Below the pieces are notes generated by a model that was not told the origin of the DNA, did no database searches, and was given only the letters and a program-made list of their open reading frames with translations. A stretch of 58,351 bases of DNA from an uncultured Gammaproteobacteria bacterium (GTDB taxonomy: Bacteria; Patescibacteriota; Microgenomatia; UBA12405; JAHJSD01): the NCBI GenBank assembly GCA_964468355.1, contig CAYXSV010000036.1, positions 1 through 58,351 of the forward strand, read 5' to 3'. Made by a program: the position numbers and the translations under genes. Shown piece by piece: positions 36,546 to 43,112 of this stretch. Each line of letters opens with the position of its first letter. Position 1 is the first letter of the stretch.

Positions 36546-38873
36546 TTAATCACAATTTGAATGTTCTGTCGGACACCATCTGGCATACCATATTTGATGA
36601 TCAGAAACATTTATTTCTCCGTCACAATTGTAATCTCCGTATAATTGGTTACTAGGCACTTGTTTACGTTCAATTACAACCGCGTAATACTGCTGAGCCC
36701 ACCGACCGTAGTCAACATTCTCTTTACCATTCGTATTGCATTTAAAACTGGATGTATTTTGAGAAGCGAAACTACCATCCGGACACGGTTTACAACCTTT
36801 TCCGGGTCCCGGCGGTACAGTTGTCGGCTCAGATTCAGAAATACATTTACTATAATCGCTTGCCCATTTATAGCCGGTCGGCGGATAAAGCTCACAATTT
36901 ACAGCTCCGGAAGTGCCCTCTGTCTTTCCGCACCCTGAATGTCCCGGGCAATAATCAGATACACATTGAACAGCACAATTATCTTTTGTTGGACTACCAC
37001 AATCTGCATCTGTTTGACAAGTTTGTCCTGGTCTTACCGTTGGCGAAAGAGTATTTGTCGCCCGCGGCGCTCTTGTCGGAGTATTTGTCGGTGTTTCTTC
37101 ACATGCACTATCAGGACATTGACGATAACCACCGGGATTACTCGTATACCAATCACAACCATAACCACAAGTTGACGTTACACAATAGCAAATTTCTTCT
37201 GGTGGTGTTGGTGTATTTTCCGGATTTTCACATCTATCCGCCCAGCAAACTTCAATCGGGAAATAGGAATGCGGACCACAAGTTAAACCCTCCTTACACT
37301 CGTTATTTTGTAAGCATGTATCGCCACAATCTTTATTCCCGGCAGACGGCGTATTTGTCGGTGTTTCTTCCGGGATACAACATACCTCATTGTGGCCGCG
37401 GCAATCAGTAGGATCCACTGCCTTTTCACCAGTTTTACACCCTCCTACTCGACAAACCCCAGCATCAGAATCTCCCAGATAACCGCAAGTTTGTAATTTT
37501 GGTTCAGGCGTATTCGTTGGTTCAGGTTCACAACAATATTTATATCCTCCACCAAAATCTACTCCACACTTTTTAGCATACCAAACTTGACCTCCACAAT
37601 TTGCCGGTGGCACACATGACTCCTCTGGATCACAATCTACAAATTCCGGTTCACAAGCACATCCACCACCCACCATCTCACAACTCTCACCTGAAGGACA
37701 ATCCCCTACACACTCATTGCCATTCGGTGTCGACATCATACGGCATACACTTGGTGTATTTGTTGGAGCTCTAGGTGTATTTGTTGGCCGTGGCCCACAA
37801 TAACAGACAGTACCAACACAGTAATAACTGTTCTTGCAACGACTGCAATTAGGGAGAACAGGGTCAGTATATGTTTGACACCTGGTTCCATCTTGCAAGC
37901 CGGCTGACGGTGTAGGCGTAAAATTATAACAAGTACAACATGAGTCAACATCTCGACTTGTCGGGCTTGAACAGTGTCCGCCATCAACACCATGAACTTT
38001 TTGGCATGCTTCTGTACATGAAGAATATTCACCTAAACAACAAATACAATTATCGCAGGCCCGACATGTACCAGGCATTCCTTGCCTTAAATCACAATAT
38101 TTTGATTGACATTCGGAATTAGAACTACATTGCCAGCCATTTGGCTTCGGCGTACTTGTCGGCTGTGGTTTTGTTCGGCATGTACCAGGCATCCCCTGAC
38201 TTAAATCACAATAACTAGAACAACATTCCGAGTTGCTACCACACTGCGAACCATTGGATTTACAACTTGGTGTATTTGTTGCTCGCGGTCTTGTTGTATT
38301 TGTCGGTTGAGGTTTTGGGGTATTGGTCGGATAAGGTGAACAATTTGCATTACATGTACCTTCACTGGAATAAGTTCCGTCATAACCTTGGACACAATAC
38401 CCCAGAGAACGAGAACACTTCCATTTTAAATCAACTTCTCCATAACACTCACATTCTCCGTCAATAGTTGGATGGGGTTTACATTCCCTACCCGAAGCAC
38501 AGGTACCTACACATTGAAATCCTGCCGGAGTAAATTCTCCTCTGCACGTTTCTTCATAAGGCGTTGCCGTCGCTGGCGGTGGAGCTGTCTTACATTCGGC
38601 ACATATACTTGAATGCTGAGTACATTTTGGGCCACAATAACCTCTATCTACCCAATTACCGTCAACACACTCATAATCATGGCAATCACCTTGATTACAA
38701 TGTGTGCCCGTCAAGCCACCACATGTACTTGCCGCTTCTTTTCTTGTTTCCTGGCTTTGCTGGGTTAATCTTAATGCCGCCGGTAAAGCGACTCCCAAAA
38801 GTAGCAAACCAATTATAATCGGAACCTGCGCACTTCCGCGTTGATTAAAAATATTTTTAATTCTTGTTAACAT
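36546..38873 (-). CDS. Hyper-cysteine-rich (about 88 Cys in 775 aa by hand count) modular secreted protein with PTNTP linkers and a Cys-framed dockerin-like C-terminus
   Basis: N-terminal TM helix plus QQSQETRKEAA. About 10 Cys modules, each with an even Cys count, separated by P/T-rich linkers. Internal tandem module NG[SW]QC[GS]SNSEC.S.YCDL.QGMPGTCR x2. C-terminal CKPCPDG...WCPTEHSNCD. Confidence 0.65.
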   Translation of the reverse strand: MLTRIKNIFNQRGSAQVPIIIGLLLLGVALPAALRLTQQSQETRKEAASTCGGLTGTHCNQGDCHDYECVDGNWVDRGYCGPKCTQHSSICAECKTAPPPATATPYEETCRGEFTPAGFQCVGTCASGRECKPHPTIDGECECYGEVDLKWKCSRSLGYCVQGYDGTYSSEGTCNANCSPYPTNTPKPQPTNTTRPRATNTPSCKSNGSQCGSNSECCSSYCDLSQGMPGTCRTKPQPTSTPKPNGWQCSSNSECQSKYCDLRQGMPGTCRACDNCICCLGEYSSCTEACQKVHGVDGGHCSSPTSRDVDSCCTCYNFTPTPSAGLQDGTRCQTYTDPVLPNCSRCKNSYYCVGTVCYCGPRPTNTPRAPTNTPSVCRMMSTPNGNECVGDCPSGESCEMVGGGCACEPEFVDCDPEESCVPPANCGGQVWYAKKCGVDFGGGYKYCCEPEPTNTPEPKLQTCGYLGDSDAGVCRVGGCKTGEKAVDPTDCRGHNEVCCIPEETPTNTPSAGNKDCGDTCLQNNECKEGLTCGPHSYFPIEVCWADRCENPENTPTPPEEICYCVTSTCGYGCDWYTSNPGGYRQCPDSACEETPTNTPTRAPRATNTLSPTVRPGQTCQTDADCGSPTKDNCAVQCVSDYCPGHSGCGKTEGTSGAVNCELYPPTGYKWASDYSKCISESEPTTVPPGPGKGCKPCPDGSFASQNTSSFKCNTNGKENVDYGRWAQQYYAVVIERKQVPSNQLYGDYNCDGEINVSDHQIWYARWCPTEHSNCD

Positions 38874-38882
38874 TTTTATTTT

Positions 38883-39125
38883 TTATTGACAGCAATAAGG
38901 CGTCTCACTTGGACAATCGCCTTTGTTCCATTTCATATTTAATAAGTGACAATACTGCTCTTTACATTCTGTTTGGCAGGGATAACCAACCTGAGGCATC
39001 GAACTGCCGGCCGCCCCGCGCCGTGTTTCTTGAGTCTGCCTAACCAAAGCAACCACACCAGTCAATATAATTAAAACGAAAAGTATTAATAGAAGTTTTA
39101 AAATTTTCTGTTTACTTTGATCCAT
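38883..39125 (-). CDS. Small (80 aa) precursor: TM helix plus RQTQETRRGAAG motif plus a 6-Cys C-terminal peptide
   Basis: First gene of the operon. The C-terminal PCQTECKEQYCHLLNMKWNKGDCPSETPYCCQ has six Cys. Confidence 0.5.
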   Translation of the reverse strand: MDQSKQKILKLLLILFVLIILTGVVALVRQTQETRRGAAGSSMPQVGYPCQTECKEQYCHLLNMKWNKGDCPSETPYCCQ

Positions 39126-39153
39126 AAATAGATATAATTTTCTAACTATTTAC

Positions 39154-39183
39154 ACTTTAGACGAATATACTCTCGTTTGTCAA
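39154..39183 (-). promoter_or_regulatory. Candidate promoter for the surface operon (TTGACA-18-TAAAGT on the minus strand)
   Basis: Exact -35 hexamer but a weak -10. This is the only intergenic gap longer than 60 nt at the 5' end of the operon. Confidence 0.3.
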
Positions 39184-39194
39184 GGTCTAGTTTC

Positions 39195-39223
39195 TGGACA
39201 AGGAACAAAATTTACTATATATA
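39195..39223 (+). promoter_or_regulatory. Candidate promoter TGGACA-17-TATATA, 7 nt from the ATG at 39231 (leaderless-type)
   Basis: Divergent from the surface operon. No SD sequence. Confidence 0.35.
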
Positions 39224-39230
39224 ATAGTAT

Positions 39231-40598
39231 ATGGGAAAATTGCCGACGATACTAGCCATGCTTCTCATTATCCCTATTGGTTTATACGCCGTATTTCAAA
39301 ACCATGATTTGCGGCGGTCTGCGTTCGGTAAAAAAGCAGACATTAAAATCGACGTCTCCAAACCCGGGGGTTTAATTTCAAAATCTCTCTGGCAAAACTT
39401 TTCTCAAGGCGGAGAAGAACCAAAAGACATGATCGCTCCGGTCAAAAACGAGGTTGCCAATCTTCAGCCGGAAATCATCCGCATTGACCATATTTTTGAC
39501 TATTATGTTGGCATTAACGGTCGGGTTTATGACTTTTCAAAATTAGACCAAATAGTCCAAACTATTCTTGATACCGGTGCTAAACCAATGTTTTCTTTAT
39601 CTTACATGCCGCCGGAAATTGCTGTTGACGGCCAAAAGACTTCTCCGCCCCAAAACTGGAATCAATGGAATGAACTGGTTAAAGCGACTATTTCGCGTTA
39701 TTCAGGACAAAACAATTTTAATTTAAACAATATTTATTATGAAGTCTGGAACGAGCCGGATTTATTCGGCGGCTGGCACTATGGCCGGGAACCGAACTAT
39801 TTAACACTTTATTATCATACGGTTAAATCCGCCCAAGAAATAGAAAACGTCAACAATTTTAAAATCGGCGGCCCGGCAACCACCGGTTTCTACCCTAATT
39901 GGATCAAGGCCCTATTTGATTATTGCTACAAAAACAAGTTGAGAATTGATTTTGTTTCCTGGCACCATTATTCTAAAAATATTAATGAATATTTAAGAGA
40001 TTTTGAAAAATTAAATCAAATTTTGACCGATTACGGCGATTACTTTAATGTCGAGCGCTTAATTACCGAATACGGACCCGACTCGGAAAATTCCCCCTGG
40101 TATGACAATCATTTGGGTGCTGTTCACAGTTTAGCCGGAGTAACTAAATTAATGGGAAAAGTCCATCGCATTTTTGCTTTTCAGCTTAAAGACGGTCCTT
40201 CACCGGAAAGTAAAAAATATTGGGGACGGTGGGGTTTAATAAGCCACGAAAACCACGAAATAAGTTTAAAGCCGAGATATTACGCTTATCAATTTTTAAA
40301 TCAACTAGAAGGTCAACAGCTTCCTCTGGAAGGCGAGGGTTCCTGGGTATCGGCAGCAGCAGTTAAAAAAGATAATAAAATTCAAGTTTTAGTTGTTAAT
40401 TACGACCCGTCAAACAACCATTACGAATCCCCGCCGATTACATTAGAAAATATTGAGCCGGGCAACTATATTTTCCGCCAAATTAGATTCCAGGGACAAG
40501 CGGTTGCCTCAAGAGAAAAAATTGAAAAAACAACAATAACTAAAAAGTTTATTCTTCAACCCAATTCAGCAATTTTACTGGAATGGATTAAATTGTAA
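39231..40598 (+). CDS. Membrane-anchored clan GH-A glycoside hydrolase, GH39-like
   Basis: N-terminal TM helix. YYEVWNEPDLFGGW (acid/base NEP) and LITEYGPD (nucleophile E) in a (beta/alpha)8-like spacing. Confidence 0.6.
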   Translation: MGKLPTILAMLLIIPIGLYAVFQNHDLRRSAFGKKADIKIDVSKPGGLISKSLWQNFSQGGEEPKDMIAPVKNEVANLQPEIIRIDHIFDYYVGINGRVYDFSKLDQIVQTILDTGAKPMFSLSYMPPEIAVDGQKTSPPQNWNQWNELVKATISRYSGQNNFNLNNIYYEVWNEPDLFGGWHYGREPNYLTLYYHTVKSAQEIENVNNFKIGGPATTGFYPNWIKALFDYCYKNKLRIDFVSWHHYSKNINEYLRDFEKLNQILTDYGDYFNVERLITEYGPDSENSPWYDNHLGAVHSLAGVTKLMGKVHRIFAFQLKDGPSPESKKYWGRWGLISHENHEISLKPRYYAYQFLNQLEGQQLPLEGEGSWVSAAAVKKDNKIQVLVVNYDPSNNHYESPPITLENIEPGNYIFRQIRFQGQAVASREKIEKTTITKKFILQPNSAILLEWIKL

Positions 40599-40599
40599 G

Positions 40600-40634
40600 T
40601 AGTTAATAGTTAACAGCAAACAGTTAATAGCGAA
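40600..40634. repeat. Heptad array, left arm: TAGTTAA TAGTTAA CAGCAAA CAGTTAA TAGCGAA
   Basis: 7-nt periodicity. Imperfect reverse complement of 41023-41057. Confidence 0.85.
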
Positions 40635-40644
40635 ATATAAATAT

Positions 40645-41022
40645 ATGGGAAAAATAAATTATTTTACCGACTTAAAAGCTTGGCAAATAAATCACCAAGT
40701 AGCTTTAAAAATATATAAATTAACGGAAAATTTTCCATCAAATGAAAAATACGGCCTAACTGATCAGCTACGAAGAGCAGCATCTTCTGTTACTGCTAAC
40801 ATTGCAGAAGGTTGGGGACATTACCATTTTGCTAATCGCTTAAGATTTTATTACAACGCCCGTGGGTCAAATTGTGAGGTGCAAAACTTTCTTATTTTAG
40901 GAAAAGATTTGGAATATATCGATAAATCTAAGTACAAAAAAATTGTAGAAGAAGTTTTCGAAGGATTTAGAGTATTAAACGGTTTGATTAAATCAGTCAA
41001 AAAACTCAATAAAAACAAGTAA
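40645..41022 (+). CDS. Four-helix-bundle protein (23S rRNA intervening-sequence protein / Avd-like family)
   Basis: FTDLKAWQ...ALKIYKLT..FP..EKYGLTDQLRRAASSVTANIAEG...F..RL.FYY.ARGS..EV matches the family pattern. Confidence 0.85.
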   Translation: MGKINYFTDLKAWQINHQVALKIYKLTENFPSNEKYGLTDQLRRAASSVTANIAEGWGHYHFANRLRFYYNARGSNCEVQNFLILGKDLEYIDKSKYKKIVEEVFEGFRVLNGLIKSVKKLNKNK

Positions 41023-41057
41023 TCACTGTTCGCTGCTCGCTATTTGCTTTTAACTTT
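41023..41057. repeat. Heptad array, right arm: TCACTGT TCGCTGC TCGCTAT TTGCTTT TAACTTT
   Basis: The reverse complement reads AAAGTTA AAAGCAA ATAGCGA GCAGCGA ACAGTGA, the same word family as the left arm. Confidence 0.8.
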
Positions 41058-41061
41058 TATT

Positions 41062-42120
41062 TTACAAAATAAATCGTTTTACGTCCGAGGCGATTATCAA
41101 TGCGGACAAAAGAAGAATAAAAATCATTGCCGCCTGATTAATTTTCTGTTTGGTCTTTTCAGTAATCGGCTCTCCTCTGATTGCTTCAAATCCCAAAATA
41201 GAAGCATGCCATCCGTCAGTTCCCGGTATAGGAACAATATTAACAACCGCTAGGTTAACCGAAACAATGGCAAAAAAATGAATTACAGCCAGCAAGCCGC
41301 TTTCTTCAAATATGCCGCTTGACGCCTTATAAATCCCAATTGGACCGGCAAATTCTTCCGGCGCCTTTCCTTTAACCAAATCACCGATAATAATACTTAG
41401 CCCCCTAACTATTTCCCATCCCCACATTAATCCGCTTTTCAACCCCAGCCAAGCGCCTTCCGGAATCCGTAAATACAAGGGGGTTTTAACCAATTTTTTA
41501 TCACTGATAATTACTCCCAACGGACCTTGATTTTCAGGCGGTTCTTTTCTAGGAATTATTTTAAACTCTTCATCCTTTTCAGTAACTAATATTATTTCTT
41601 CCCCCGCCCACTTATTGACTGTTTCAATAAACTGAATATCGGTCTCTATTTTAATCTTCTCACCGCTCTTTTCAACTGCTACAATAAAGCTCTCTTCGGG
41701 TAAGCCCGCTTTTTCTGCCGGGCTGTCTTCCACTACATAAACAATCTCAACTTTTCCCATTTTTCTCGGAACTCCCTTAATTCCGTAAATTACACTAAAT
41801 ACACCAATAGCCAAAACAAAATTCATAATCACGCCGGCGGAAAGAATTAAAAATTGAACAATCTTATTTTGATGATAAAAAGCCCGTTGTTTATCTTTTT
41901 TAACCGCTGACTCCATACCCCAAATGCGGACGAAACCGCCCATCGGAATTAAATTCAAAGAATAGATTGTTTCACCAATTTTTTTGCTGACTATTCTCGG
42001 CGGATAACCCAAACCAAACTCCTCTACTTTCAACCCTTTCCATTTAGCCACTAAAAAATGCCCCATCTCGTGGATGAGGATCATTACTGAAATGGCAACG
42101 ATAAAAATAATAAATGACAT
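41062..42120 (-). CDS. rseP: RIP metalloprotease RseP (site-2 protease, M50) with a PDZ domain
   Basis: HEMGHF zinc motif in TM1, PDZ (PAEKAGLPEESFIVAV), and a C-terminal NLAVVNIVPIPGTDG motif. Confidence 0.9.
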   Translation of the reverse strand: MSFIIFIVAISVMILIHEMGHFLVAKWKGLKVEEFGLGYPPRIVSKKIGETIYSLNLIPMGGFVRIWGMESAVKKDKQRAFYHQNKIVQFLILSAGVIMNFVLAIGVFSVIYGIKGVPRKMGKVEIVYVVEDSPAEKAGLPEESFIVAVEKSGEKIKIETDIQFIETVNKWAGEEIILVTEKDEEFKIIPRKEPPENQGPLGVIISDKKLVKTPLYLRIPEGAWLGLKSGLMWGWEIVRGLSIIIGDLVKGKAPEEFAGPIGIYKASSGIFEESGLLAVIHFFAIVSVNLAVVNIVPIPGTDGWHASILGFEAIRGEPITEKTKQKINQAAMIFILLLSALIIASDVKRFIL

Positions 42121-42130
42121 TTAAAAAATC

Positions 42131-42194
42131 AATGTTCAAATATTCGAATGTTCAAAAAACTTTTGAGTATTGAAGTTTTGAACTTTTGAACATT
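42131..42194. repeat. Empty imperfect hairpin built from TGTTCAA/TTGAACA-type words (terminal 10-bp perfect IR AATGTTCAAA/TTTGAACATT)
   Basis: Left arm 42131-42160, right arm 42161-42194, lying between the rseP start and the frr stop. Confidence 0.8.
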
Positions 42195-42197
42195 TTA

Positions 42198-42749
42198 TTA
42201 TCCTTTTATCTCCAATCTTTTTTGCTCAGCTAATTTCTCTAATTTATCTATATATTCATCGGTTAAACCCTGAAGTCCTTTTTCCCATTGGTGGAATTCG
42301 TCTTCACTTATTTCATCTTCTTGAAGCATGTCCTGATATTCGTAGCGGTAATCCGACCTGACATTACGAATCATCACCCTTGCCGCCTCCAGTTTTTTAT
42401 TCAGCAAACTTATATAATTCTGACGCTGTTCAGCAGTCAATGTCGGCAGTTTAATCCTGATTTTTTCTCCGTCAACAACTGCCTGAAGGTTAGAACTATT
42501 TGACAAAATCTCATTTTTAACTTCTTTAATAATCGATTTATCCCAGGGTTGAAAAACCATTGATCTTGCCTCCTCCACTCCAACTGTTCCCAATTCCTTT
42601 AACTGCATTGTCTGGTTTCCGTCATAAACCGACACTTTCATGTCCTCAATTAATGAAGGGTTAGCCCGGCCGGTCCTGATTGTTGCTAATTCGTCCTTGA
42701 AAATATCAACAACCTTTTCCATTTCGGAAGAAATTTTTTGTTTATCCAT
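42198..42749 (-). CDS. frr: Ribosome recycling factor
   Basis: LATIRTGRANPSLIEDMKV..YG....L.ELG.V.....R......WDKS....V..I pattern, 183 aa. Confidence 0.95.
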   Translation of the reverse strand: MDKQKISSEMEKVVDIFKDELATIRTGRANPSLIEDMKVSVYDGNQTMQLKELGTVGVEEARSMVFQPWDKSIIKEVKNEILSNSSNLQAVVDGEKIRIKLPTLTAEQRQNYISLLNKKLEAARVMIRNVRSDYRYEYQDMLQEDEISEDEFHQWEKGLQGLTDEYIDKLEKLAEQKRLEIKG

Positions 42750-42769
42750 GAATAAATTATAACACAGAA

Positions 42770-42818
42770 TGGCTGAGGGCTGAATGCTAAAGGCTAAAGG
42801 CTAAAGGCTAAATGCAAA
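42770..42818. repeat. Heptad array GGCTGAG GGCTGAA TGCTAAA GGCTAAA GGCTAAA GGCTAAA TGCAAAT
   Basis: Seven tandem 7-mers. Confidence 0.9.
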
Positions 42819-42880
42819 TAAAAACAAGTTTTGCGAATTAAAAGGATGCTTTTCGGATATAGTCTCGAGCAAGCCACTTT

Positions 42881-42931
42881 GTAGTAGACTTTAGCCTGCG
42901 CATTTCAACACAACCTAAAGGTTGCTAATAC
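42881..42931. repeat. REP-like element pair: GTAGTAGACTTTAGCCTGC ... CAACCTAAAGGTTGCTAATAC
   Basis: Same motif family as 5161-5222 and 17671-17784, with the opposite order of orientations. Confidence 0.7.
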
Positions 42932-42957
42932 AAAAAGGTCGCTTACTACAAAGAATA

Positions 42958-43112
42958 ATTTTGGCAAATTAAAATTGTATTTTCTGGATGGTTCTCGAAA
43001 CACACTACTATGCGTTTAAAGTCAAAAAGAATTTTTTGTGTGTTGAGAGTGCAGCGAGCATTGATTGGCGAGCGTCATCCCTAGAAAATACATTTTAAGC
43101 ATGCCACAATAA
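42958..43112. repeat. Long imperfect inverted repeat of a ~45-nt unit (TTTTGGCAAATTAAAATTGTATTTTCTGGATGGTTCTCG...); a third, direct copy lies at 42829-42885
   Basis: By-eye alignment gives about 70-75% identity between the three copies. Confidence 0.55.

Noticed and set aside
34051-36794. DGR-style template/variable repeat relationship between the two ~250-nt C-terminal modules (34051-34299 and 36546-36794), given that four-helix-bundle proteins include DGR Avd
   Set aside because: Both copies are in-frame coding ends of paralogous genes. Their differences include all substitution types (A/T, C/T, G/T and others) rather than being confined to adenine positions. No reverse transcriptase gene is present in the window.
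36645-38818. Plus-strand ORFs antisense to the hyper-Cys gene (e.g. 36752-37411, 219 aa)
   Set aside because: They lie antisense to a long, internally consistent CDS. Their composition is odd (H/Y/N/L-rich), they have no start context and they contain no motifs.
41044-41253. 69-aa plus-strand ORF after the four-helix-bundle gene
   Set aside because: It is antisense to the 3' end of rseP and begins inside the heptad array. It has no supporting features.
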